This document shows positions 22,698 through 32,628 of a DNA stretch of 64,000 nucleotides, piece by piece. This DNA is from Bdellovibrionales bacterium (GTDB taxonomy: Bacteria > Pseudomonadota > Alphaproteobacteria > Micavibrionales > Micavibrionaceae): positions 2,521-66,520 of the forward strand of contig JBBKVR010000029.1 of assembly GCA_037968575.1 (NCBI GenBank), given 5' to 3'. Made by a program: the position numbers and the translations under genes. A model generated the notes under the pieces. It searched no databases and had not been told where the DNA came from. It worked only from the letters and a program-made list of their open reading frames with translations. The number at the start of each line of letters is the position of its first letter. Position 1 is the stretch's first letter.

Positions 22698-22777
22698 TGT
22701 ATATTTATGGAAAACTTAGGAATATGTCAAGATAAACTTGATTTTTTCACTAAAATTGTGATTTTCTGAAGTTAGCA

Positions 22778-22803
22778 ATAAAAAAGGCCAGCTTTTGCTG
22801 ACC
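22778..22803 (-). terminator. rho-independent terminator of groESL
   Basis: Minus strand GGTCAGC-aaaa-GCTGGCC forms a 7-bp stem including one G-U pair, followed by TTTTTTAT. It lies 30 nt after the groEL stop. Confidence 0.7.
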
Positions 22804-22832
22804 TTTTTCAAATTTTATGTGAGCGTTTGGGC

Positions 22833-24488
<1,656 letters not shown>

Positions 24489-24538
24489 TTAGTTCTCCTT
24501 AAAAATTTGATTTGTCGTTTAAAAATGAAAGACGGAAA

Positions 24539-24829
24539 TTATGCGGCAAGAACGCCCATAATGTCTGATTCTTTCATAACTAGAAGCTCTTCACCATCAA
24601 GTGACACTTCTGTACCAGACCATTTTGTGAAAAGAATGCGATCACCTGCTTTTACATCTAATGGGCGAACGTCTCCGTTGTCGTTTAGGTGTCCGGTTCC
24701 GACTGAAATAATTTCACCTTCTTGAGGTTTTTCTTTGACCGTATCAGGGATAATAATCCCTCCGGCTGTTTTTTCGTTTTGTTCAATTCTGCGAACAAGA
24801 ACGCGATCGTGTAAAGGACGGAATTTCAT
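24539..24829 (-). CDS. groS: co-chaperonin GroES
   Basis: [16 protein letters not shown]...GGIIIPDT...G.V..VG.G signature, 96 aa, directly upstream of groEL. Confidence 0.98.
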   Translation of the reverse strand: MKFRPLHDRVLVRRIEQNEKTAGGIIIPDTVKEKPQEGEIISVGTGHLNDNGDVRPLDVKAGDRILFTKWSGTEVSLDGEELLVMKESDIMGVLAA

Positions 24830-24968
24830 AATTCATGTCTCCTTGGTTTCATGGTTAAAATTAGCAGACGAACAAGAAGCCTTTTTCTTTTAAGTGGCCT
24901 TCCTGTATGCCCCTACCATAGCGAGTTATACGAGGGTTTTAGATCAACGGATTACTCGCGTGTCATTG

Positions 24969-24996
24969 ATATAGCAAACGTGGATTAAATATCAAG
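24969..24996 (-). promoter_or_regulatory. candidate RpoH (sigma32)-type promoter for groESL
   Basis: The minus strand reads CTTG (24993-24996), a 17-nt spacer and GCTATAT (24969-24975). This compares with the alphaproteobacterial sigma32 consensus CTTG-N17/18-CYTATNT and would give a ~130-nt leader. Confidence 0.4.
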
Positions 24997-25024
24997 GGTT
25001 TTCGGGGAAATTCACGAGTCTAGG

Positions 25025-26083
25025 CTATTGAAAACTTAGATTGCCTCTACCAAAAGAATCTAAGTCTTCCGCACTTTCAATAGTAATCTTTCTAGGTGGT
25101 TCATCTTTTAATTCTTGTGCAACGAATTTTACAAGCGGGTCATCAGCAGGACTCTCATGTATTTCAGGGGCAGGAAACTCAATATCAGGGCTTATTTTTC
25201 GACCAAACAATTTACCAGTTCTATCCGCCATTATAGAAGAGGCTATGGCAACAACACGTGTATCCCCTTTTACAATTGGGACAGTCGCATTCCCTGTCGT
25301 GTTACCCCAAGTTTCTTCTCCATAAAGTTTACTAAGAGATGATAAGGCAATAGCGGCTTGTTCTCCCGCACTGCAAGTCCCATTTCCTATTAAGGTAGCT
25401 ATAGGTGATCCTGGATTTTGTATTAAATAAGGATGATTGACGGTGCAAACAGGAAATCTCTTATCAGTACCAACTCCGGCCACTCCGTCCTCATACCAAC
25501 AAGGGATCATAGATTTATCGGCAGTGTAGAATTGACTGTTTATGCCTTCGCCTAAAATGGGTCCTAATCCAGCAAGCATAACGTAAGAGTTCCCACCAAA
25601 GTTATTTCTCAGGTCAATAACCCAGCCTTTTGGATTAGATTCATCAAGACTCTGGATGATGTTTTGTAGTTCAGTTGCAAATTTTTTCTGATCATCTGGG
25701 TCTTGCATATTACAGCCCGGAACATCTATGTAGGCAAGATCACCAATGAGTTGGCCAGAGGGCATAGGATGTCCGTTTTTTGCAAAATTCTCTAAAAACC
25801 GGGCCTCGTTTGTTGCGGGATCACCAATGTAATGACTGTGACCATCTTCAAGCAGTTCTATAGCACTATTAATTATAGGTGGCATGTCTTCTATAGATTG
25901 AGGGTTAATATCATGGAAGGCATTCCAGGCTAACTCTTCATAATTGCTCCAGTCAATTTGACCTCTCCCAAAATCAGTATCAGCAAGGTCAAGATTACGG
26001 ATCGAGCCTGTTCTGACATTGGTCAAAAATTCTTGGAAGTATTCCTCTGGCTGTAACTGTGAAATATCTTTGCCCATAATCAA
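25025..26083 (-). CDS. S41-family (C-terminal processing/tail-specific-like) serine peptidase homologue lacking signal peptide and PDZ domain
   Basis: WVIDLRNNFGGNSYV (S41 DLRxNxGG block) and GNGTCSAGEQAAIAL (the S-A-x-E catalytic-serine block). The N-terminus MIMGKDISQLQPEEY has no hydrophobic leader. Confidence 0.65.
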   Translation of the reverse strand: MIMGKDISQLQPEEYFQEFLTNVRTGSIRNLDLADTDFGRGQIDWSNYEELAWNAFHDINPQSIEDMPPIINSAIELLEDGHSHYIGDPATNEARFLENFAKNGHPMPSGQLIGDLAYIDVPGCNMQDPDDQKKFATELQNIIQSLDESNPKGWVIDLRNNFGGNSYVMLAGLGPILGEGINSQFYTADKSMIPCWYEDGVAGVGTDKRFPVCTVNHPYLIQNPGSPIATLIGNGTCSAGEQAAIALSSLSKLYGEETWGNTTGNATVPIVKGDTRVVAIASSIMADRTGKLFGRKISPDIEFPAPEIHESPADDPLVKFVAQELKDEPPRKITIESAEDLDSFGRGNLSFQ

Positions 26084-26142
26084 GATATTTTATGTCAAAA
26101 AAGAAAAGTTCGCGAGAAAATGACCTAAGTCATTGATAGATA

Positions 26143-26176
26143 ACAAAAAGCCGGAAACGATGTTCCGGCTTTTTGT
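26143..26176 (-). terminator. rho-independent (bidirectional-looking) terminator after rpsA
   Basis: AGCCGGAA-(6-nt loop)-TTCCGGCT forms a perfect 8-bp stem (26149-26170) flanked by A5 on one side and T4 on the other. It lies 27 nt after the rpsA stop. Confidence 0.8.
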
Positions 26177-26196
26177 TATCGTTCGAGAAGAGTGAC

Positions 26197-28056
26197 TTAC
26201 TTGTCGTCTTTTTTCTCTTCTTTATCAGTTTTTTTAGCTTTTGCTTTAGCCTTTGGCTTTTCTTCCTTAGTATCATCAGCCTTTTTCTTTGCGGCTGGTT
26301 TCTTCTTAGGAGCAGCTTTCTTTTCTTCTTTTTTAGAGGCGGCTGCTTTTTCGCCACCATCTTTATTCAAAGCTGCGCCAAGGATATCACCAAGAGATGC
26401 ACCAGATTCAGTTGAACCAAACTCTTCCAAGGCTTGCTTGTCTTCATCGACTTCGCGTGCCTTGATTGACAGACCAACCTTACGGCTTTTCTTATCAACT
26501 GAGATGATTTTTGCATCAACCTTTTCACCAACTGCGAAACGGTCAGTACGTTGCTCTGAGCGTTCACGTGACAAGTCAGCCTTCTTAATCGTTCCTGTAA
26601 CTGCCTCATTAACGGAGACATGAACAAGAGTGGCTTTAATGTCGGTAATCGTACAAGTCACAACAGCACCTTTTGAAATGCCGCTTAACGCGCCCTGCAT
26701 TGGGTCGTTTGTGAGTTGTTTGATACCAAGTGCTATACGCTCTTTCTCAGGATCAATATCAAGAATCTTAACCTTCACAGTGTTGCCCTTTTCGAATTCT
26801 TTAAGAGCATCTTCTGTTTGATCCTCCCAAGAGATGTCAGACAAGTGAACCATACCGTCAATATCATCGCTTACGCCGATAAACATACCGAATTCAGTGA
26901 TGTTATTGATTGGGCCTTCAAGTTCTTGACCAACTTTGTATGTGTTGGCAATGCCTTCCCATGGGTTTTCTTGAGTTTGTTTGATTCCCAGAGAAATACG
27001 ACGCTTTTCCTGATCAACTTCAAGAACCTGAACGTCAACTTCCTCGGATGTCGAAACAATATTGTTCGGGTGAACGTTTTTCTTCGTCCATGACATTTCT
27101 GTCACGTGGACAAGACCTTCGATACCCGGTTCAAGTTCAACAAACGCACCGTAATCAGTCACATTTGTGATGCGACCTTTAAGTTGAGAGCCAACTTGAT
27201 ATTTGCCTTCGAATGCTTCCCAAGGGTCATGCTCAAGTTGTTTCATACCTAGAGAGATACGACCTGTGTCTTCATTGAAGCGAATAACTTGGACTTCAAT
27301 AGATTGACCAACTTTTAGGACATCTTCAGGGTGATTGATACGTTTCCAAGAAATGTCAGTCACGTGAAGCAATCCATCTAGACCACCAAGGTCAACGAAC
27401 GCACCGTAATCTGTAATGTTTTTAACAACACCTTCTAGAACAGAACCTTCTGAGATATTTTCAAGCAGCTCGTTTCTAACTTCCTCACGGCTTTCCTCAA
27501 GAATAGCACGACGTGAAACAACGATGTTTCCACGGGCGCGATCCATTTTTAGAATTTGGAAAGGTTGTGGCGTATCCATCAAAGGAGAAATATCCTTGAT
27601 TGGACGGATATCGACTTGAGAACCAGGCAAGAATGCAACAGCACCACCAAGGTCAACAGTGAAGCCACCTTTAACACGGTTAAAGATAACACCAGTTACA
27701 CGCTCAGTTTTCTCCATGGATTTTTCAAGTTCAGCCCAGACTTCTTCGCGTCTAGCTTTCTCACGAGAAAGAACGGTCAGACCGTCACGGCCTTCAACAC
27801 GTTCAACGAACACTTCAACAGTGTCGCCCATATTAATGTCAGGTGTTTGACCTGGCATTGAAAATTCACGCAAGGGGACGCGGCCTTCTGATTTGAGGCC
27901 GACATCGATAATTGCAAATTCAGAATCAATGGAAACAACTTTCCCATTCACAACTGATTTTTCTATAGATTTATTTTCTCCAAAAATTTCTTTGAGGAGG
28001 CCTGCGAATTCTGAATCGTCTTCGCGGTCTTGTAAGTTTGAAGCTATACTAGCCAT
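26197..28056 (-). CDS. rpsA: 30S ribosomal protein S1 with a Lys/Glu/Ala-rich C-terminal extension
   Basis: Six S1 (OB-fold) repeats, each with ...G.V..I..FGAFV.L..G.EGL.H.S... The last ~47 aa are GGEKAAASKKEEKKAAPKKKPAAKKKADDTKEEKPKAKAKAKKTDKEEKKDDK. Confidence 0.97.
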   Translation of the reverse strand: MASIASNLQDREDDSEFAGLLKEIFGENKSIEKSVVNGKVVSIDSEFAIIDVGLKSEGRVPLREFSMPGQTPDINMGDTVEVFVERVEGRDGLTVLSREKARREEVWAELEKSMEKTERVTGVIFNRVKGGFTVDLGGAVAFLPGSQVDIRPIKDISPLMDTPQPFQILKMDRARGNIVVSRRAILEESREEVRNELLENISEGSVLEGVVKNITDYGAFVDLGGLDGLLHVTDISWKRINHPEDVLKVGQSIEVQVIRFNEDTGRISLGMKQLEHDPWEAFEGKYQVGSQLKGRITNVTDYGAFVELEPGIEGLVHVTEMSWTKKNVHPNNIVSTSEEVDVQVLEVDQEKRRISLGIKQTQENPWEGIANTYKVGQELEGPINNITEFGMFIGVSDDIDGMVHLSDISWEDQTEDALKEFEKGNTVKVKILDIDPEKERIALGIKQLTNDPMQGALSGISKGAVVTCTITDIKATLVHVSVNEAVTGTIKKADLSRERSEQRTDRFAVGEKVDAKIISVDKKSRKVGLSIKAREVDEDKQALEEFGSTESGASLGDILGAALNKDGGEKAAASKKEEKKAAPKKKPAAKKKADDTKEEKPKAKAKAKKTDKEEKKDDK

Positions 28057-28201
28057 AATAATTAATTTCCTTTCGGGACGTAAATACAGAGAAAGCTTTC
28101 GGTTGTCCCGGGGCGTGCCCGACCGTCTACTAACCTGTTACTCATGCGTTATGCAGTTTTTGAAACGAAAAGCAAGGAAAAACCACCAAAAAAGAGACTC
28201 T

Positions 28202-28960
28202 TTAAGAAGCGGATTTATACTTTATGGCGGCTTGTGCACCGACAAGGTATCCGCGAATGATATCCATTGAGCGTTCTAACACTTCATTGGCATTAAGTGT
28301 TGTTGTATCAATAATGAAGGCATCTTCGGCAGGAAGAGTGGGTGCGATATTACGTGTTATATCACGACCATCGCGAATTTTCATGTCTTCTGTGATGGTT
28401 TTTAAGTCGCTTTTCATGCCCTTTTCCTGCATTTGCTTGGCGCGTCTTTTGGCGCGAGCTTCCATCTTGGCGTCAATGAAGAGTTTGATATGGGCATCAG
28501 GACATATCACTGTTCCGATATCACGACCGTCCATGACTATGCCACGCCATTGCCCTTTGTCTGATTTTAACGGAGGTTTTTTGGCAAAGTTTTTTTGAAC
28601 ATCAAGCAGGATTTCTCTGACCTTTGGATGAGCTGCAACTTGGGAGGCCGCACGAGAAACATCTTCCGAGCGAATAGCAGGATCATTTTGTAAATCCAAA
28701 GAAAAATCTTTTAGTAAAGTTGAAGCCGCTTTTGCTGCTTGTTTTTCATTGTGCGGGTCTAATCCCTTATCAAGGGCAATTTTTCCAACACCGCGGTAAA
28801 GTGCGCCAGTGTCCATGTAAGCAAAATCCATACGTTGAGCAATACGCTGTGCCAATGTGCCTTTACCGCTTGCTGTTGGCCCATCAATGGCAACAACGAT
28901 TGGATCTTTAAAAAGTCCAGTTAAGTCTTCTGATGAAAGGAGGTCAATGGAGCGAAACAT
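28202..28960 (-). CDS. cmk: (d)CMP kinase
   Basis: P-loop IAIDGPTASGKGT and YMDTGALYR. Canonical position upstream of rpsA. About 20 extra N-terminal residues make the exact start uncertain. Confidence 0.9.
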   Translation of the reverse strand: MFRSIDLLSSEDLTGLFKDPIVVAIDGPTASGKGTLAQRIAQRMDFAYMDTGALYRGVGKIALDKGLDPHNEKQAAKAASTLLKDFSLDLQNDPAIRSEDVSRAASQVAAHPKVREILLDVQKNFAKKPPLKSDKGQWRGIVMDGRDIGTVICPDAHIKLFIDAKMEARAKRRAKQMQEKGMKSDLKTITEDMKIRDGRDITRNIAPTLPAEDAFIIDTTTLNANEVLERSMDIIRGYLVGAQAAIKYKSAS

Positions 28961-29018
28961 AGTTGCTTATTTCGCGTGTTTTATACTCCATGTCAAGTAA
29001 GGGACATGAGAAAAGTAC

Positions 29019-31208
29019 TTAAATACTCTCAGCACTTTGGGAATCGAAATAATCAAATGTACCTGTATAATGGTTAACAAACTCAAAGAATTTATCTTCG
29101 GGGACGGGACGGGAGTATCGGAAGCCTTGGACTTCATCACAATTTTGTTCCATGAGGAAGATTTCATGCTCTTTGGTCTCAACACCTTCCGCAATAACTT
29201 TCAGACCAAGCGCTGAACCCAGTGCAATAATTGTCTTGGTGATTGAGGCGTCATCGGGATTATTTAAAGCATCACGAATAAAGGATTGGTCAATTTTTAA
29301 ACGGTCAATTGGGAACTGTCTGAGGTAAGACAGAGAAGAGTAGCCTGTGCCAAAGTCATCAATAGCCAACTCGACACCTAGCCCGTGCAACTTCTGTAAA
29401 ACATCAACGGCATGATTTAGGTCATCCATAAACACACTTTCCGTGACTTCTAACTCAATATGATGTGGTGAAACGCCTGTCTCTTGCAGGAGTTGTGATG
29501 TGAAAGCAACAAGATCGCCTTGGTGGAATTGTGCGCCAGACACGTTAATTGCAATTCGGATATCTTTACCTGAATCTTCACATAGTTTTGCGACGCGAAA
29601 ACTTTCGCGCATAACCATTTCACCGATAGGGACAATCAAACCAGATTGTTCAGCAATTGGAATAAAGTCAGCAGGAGAGATAAACTTCCCGTCATCTGTA
29701 AACCACCTAAGGAGAGCCTCTGCCCCAATAATGTTTCCAGTTTTCAAGTCAAATTGTGGCTGGAAATGCAAAAAGAGTTCGTTCTCGTCCATAGCATTAC
29801 GAAGATCGCGCAACATTTGAAAACGTTCTTGCACAACTTTGTCAAAGTCTTTGGAATATTCGAGAAGCTGGTCTCGACCATCTTCTTTTGCACGGTTCAA
29901 TGCCACATCGGCATTTTTCAAAACTTGTGCAGGGTCATTTGAATCATCAGGAAAGGTTGATACACCAAGAGATGCGCGCACCTGAAAATTTTCATTAAAA
30001 ACTGTGATGGGCATCGAGCGGATTATAGATTGAACTTTTTCTCCAACCTGCTTGGCTGTGTGCATATTTCCAACGAGCGGCATAGCAACCGCAAATTCGT
30101 CCTCGCCGTTTCTGGCAACGACAGCGGTTTCAGGAAGAGACGAGCGTAGACGTTGTCCAACAGCTTTCAGAATGGCGTCCCCAACATTATGACCCATTGA
30201 GTCGTTCACGTCCTTAAAGTGGTCGAGATCGAGAGCAAGAACAGCATAGCGAATATTTTGTTTATAAGGACTAAGTTCAGTGCGCTGGGTAAATTGCGTT
30301 AATTTTTCCAAGAAGTTTGTTTTGTTTGGCAATCCAGTGAGCGTATCAAAATATGCCATTTTGTGAATCTGGTCTTCGGCGCGACCCTTCACTTCACGTA
30401 TGTTTTTTGAGTTCTGTTTAATCAGGCGTTGCGTCATATTAATAACGCTTCCGATTTCGTCCTCACGCGTGCTGTAAGGCGAAGACATAGATGGCGGCGT
30501 TTCTGGATTAGATAGAGCTCTACGCAAACTAGAATCTAAAAATAAGAGCGGTTCAATCAGCCATCTTCCTAGTGCTAACATCAATACAATTGTTACAAAA
30601 GTTGAGACCAATAAAATGGCAATCAAAGAGCGCAATATATGGTTTATCATATCTTGTTTGATAAAAGAGGAGTCAGAACGCGCGACGATGTAATAAGGGG
30701 ATCCATTTAAGTCTTGGGGCGAATAAATAACCCCATAAAATTTTCCGTCGGCACTACGATTTATATCTGTTAGGTCGGCGCCCGGAGTAGGAATGAGGAC
30801 TGTTTGTGTTCCCTTGAAACCAATTCGTTTCATTTCTTGCGAATAAACTGCAAATCCTCGAATGGGCGTTGTTGTAAGCAAACGATCTACGGTGGCATCA
30901 GAAAAAGGTAATTGCGTTTGGTCTGTTTCAGAATTGAGGGCAGCAACTATGGCAACACGGCTTTTTTCCTGAAGTTCTTGTAGTTTTTGTTGTTGGAGAT
31001 TCAGGGCAGAAATAGCCAAAATAGCAATCTGGAGTAATGTAATGGTGGCAAAAACAGTAATAGCCACCTTCCAACTAATTTTACTGCGCCAGATATGTGG
31101 CGCACTTCCAGCTTTTGCAAAGCTGAAAGCTGCTTTTTGCTCTGTTTTTGGCGCTTTTTTACGCTGAAAGCTTTGCGCAAAGCGATGTTTGATGTCAGCC
31201 AAAGCCAT
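29019..31208 (-). CDS. membrane sensor protein with degenerate GGDEF and intact EAL domains (probable c-di-GMP phosphodiesterase)
   Basis: Two TM segments flank a ~150-aa periplasmic region, followed by a HAMP-like linker. The GGDEF A-site reads GEDEF (VVARNGEDEFAV). EAL motifs are intact: EALLRW, DDFGTGYSSLSYL, KIDQSFI and EGVET. Confidence 0.85.
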   Translation of the reverse strand: MALADIKHRFAQSFQRKKAPKTEQKAAFSFAKAGSAPHIWRSKISWKVAITVFATITLLQIAILAISALNLQQQKLQELQEKSRVAIVAALNSETDQTQLPFSDATVDRLLTTTPIRGFAVYSQEMKRIGFKGTQTVLIPTPGADLTDINRSADGKFYGVIYSPQDLNGSPYYIVARSDSSFIKQDMINHILRSLIAILLVSTFVTIVLMLALGRWLIEPLLFLDSSLRRALSNPETPPSMSSPYSTREDEIGSVINMTQRLIKQNSKNIREVKGRAEDQIHKMAYFDTLTGLPNKTNFLEKLTQFTQRTELSPYKQNIRYAVLALDLDHFKDVNDSMGHNVGDAILKAVGQRLRSSLPETAVVARNGEDEFAVAMPLVGNMHTAKQVGEKVQSIIRSMPITVFNENFQVRASLGVSTFPDDSNDPAQVLKNADVALNRAKEDGRDQLLEYSKDFDKVVQERFQMLRDLRNAMDENELFLHFQPQFDLKTGNIIGAEALLRWFTDDGKFISPADFIPIAEQSGLIVPIGEMVMRESFRVAKLCEDSGKDIRIAINVSGAQFHQGDLVAFTSQLLQETGVSPHHIELEVTESVFMDDLNHAVDVLQKLHGLGVELAIDDFGTGYSSLSYLRQFPIDRLKIDQSFIRDALNNPDDASITKTIIALGSALGLKVIAEGVETKEHEIFLMEQNCDEVQGFRYSRPVPEDKFFEFVNHYTGTFDYFDSQSAESI

Positions 31209-31356
31209 GTATTACTTCATTTACCGTTAAATTATCCGTCAGTATGAAACGCATTAGACCGAAATCATACCCCACATATATAAAATTTTATCTAATTTTT
31301 ATTAAAATTTCCTTTATAGACAAGATGTTTTATTCTGTTTTACTTATATAAAAGTT

Positions 31357-32628
31357 TTAAACCCAGTCTGGAATAGATTCCCCAGCCAGTAAATCTTCGA
31401 TATTTTGTCTAGGTTTAATGAGTGAATGCTGGTCATTTTTAACAAGAATCTGAGCAGGCATACCCCGCGTATTATAGTTGGATGCCATTGTATAGCCATA
31501 AGCACCAGCAGACATAAACGCGACCAAATCACCTTCTTTCATTTCAGGTAATTCACGATCTTTGGCAAATGTATCACCACTCTCACAGATAGGCCCTACA
31601 ACTGCATAATTTTTATGGTTTTCGCGTGGTTTGGAAACAGGTTCAATTTCATGGTGTGCATCATAGAGTGTTGGGCGAATAAGGTCGTTCATTGCCGCGT
31701 CTACAATTAAAAAGGTAACCTCTTTGGCTTTTTTAATACTAACAACGCGTGATAAAAGAATACCTGCGTTGCCAACCATAAACCTACCTGGCTCCATAAT
31801 AATTTTGGTGTCTAGTGGCGCGATGATGTCATTAACCCATGTGGCATAAGCATCAAGATTGAGTTCCTCGTGCCCTTGATAAGGAATTGGAAAACCACCA
31901 CCAATATCAAGAGTTGAAACTTCGTGACCGCTACTTCTCAATTTTTGAACAAGGTTGGGTAGCTTTGAAAAGGCTTCCTCAAAGGCATGGACGTTAAAGA
32001 CTTGAGATCCAATATGCATGGACAGGCCTTGTGGTTTCACAAATTCAAACTCGCCAGCTTTTGTATAAGCTTCTGCTGCCCTATCCATGGATATGCCGAA
32101 TTTATCGCGTTCACGTCCCGTTGAAATTTTGTCATGTCCCCCACCAGACACATCAGGGTTGATACGGAAGAGAACAGAAACTTCTTTTTGCAATTCGTGC
32201 GCTACCGTTCCGACATGGGTAATTTCTTCAACAGACTCAATGTTGATATATGCAATACCAGAACGCACAGCGAGAGCAATTTCGTGTGGTTGTTTACCAA
32301 CGCCTGTGAAAACTATTTTCTTTGGATCAAAGCCGGCCTTTAGTCCGCGCTCCAGCTCACCACCAGACACAACCTCAAGACCTGCGCCTTGATTTTTGAG
32401 AATTGTCAAAACGGCTTGGTGGCTGTTGGCTTTGCAGGCGTAGCAAAGCAAAGGCTGGTTTTTGCCACTCAGCTTTGAAGAAAGAGCCGTATTTAATTTA
32501 CCGTACTGGCTGATAATTTCATTTTGCGCATAGACATATGTGGGTGTGCCATAAGCTTTTGCAATCTCCTGCAAAGCCACATCATCACATTTCAAGTTTC
32601 CAGAGGTGTCTCTTGAAAAAGCGGTCAT
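31357..32628 (-). CDS. lysA: diaminopimelate decarboxylase
   Basis: PLP-lysine block YACKANS, then GGGFPIPY, EPGRF and CESGD motifs. 423 aa. Confidence 0.93.
   Translation of the reverse strand: MTAFSRDTSGNLKCDDVALQEIAKAYGTPTYVYAQNEIISQYGKLNTALSSKLSGKNQPLLCYACKANSHQAVLTILKNQGAGLEVVSGGELERGLKAGFDPKKIVFTGVGKQPHEIALAVRSGIAYINIESVEEITHVGTVAHELQKEVSVLFRINPDVSGGGHDKISTGRERDKFGISMDRAAEAYTKAGEFEFVKPQGLSMHIGSQVFNVHAFEEAFSKLPNLVQKLRSSGHEVSTLDIGGGFPIPYQGHEELNLDAYATWVNDIIAPLDTKIIMEPGRFMVGNAGILLSRVVSIKKAKEVTFLIVDAAMNDLIRPTLYDAHHEIEPVSKPRENHKNYAVVGPICESGDTFAKDRELPEMKEGDLVAFMSAGAYGYTMASNYNTRGMPAQILVKNDQHSLIKPRQNIEDLLAGESIPDWV

Noticed and set aside
24851-24880. Possible CIRCE operator (ttagcagac) in the groES leader
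   Set aside because: It is only a partial half-site, and no inverted partner lies 9 nt away on either side.
26192-26623. 143-aa plus-strand ORF antisense to the 3' end of rpsA
   Set aside because: It mirrors the Lys/Ala/Glu-rich S1 tail, giving an F/S/L-rich low-complexity product. rpsA is unquestionably the real gene.
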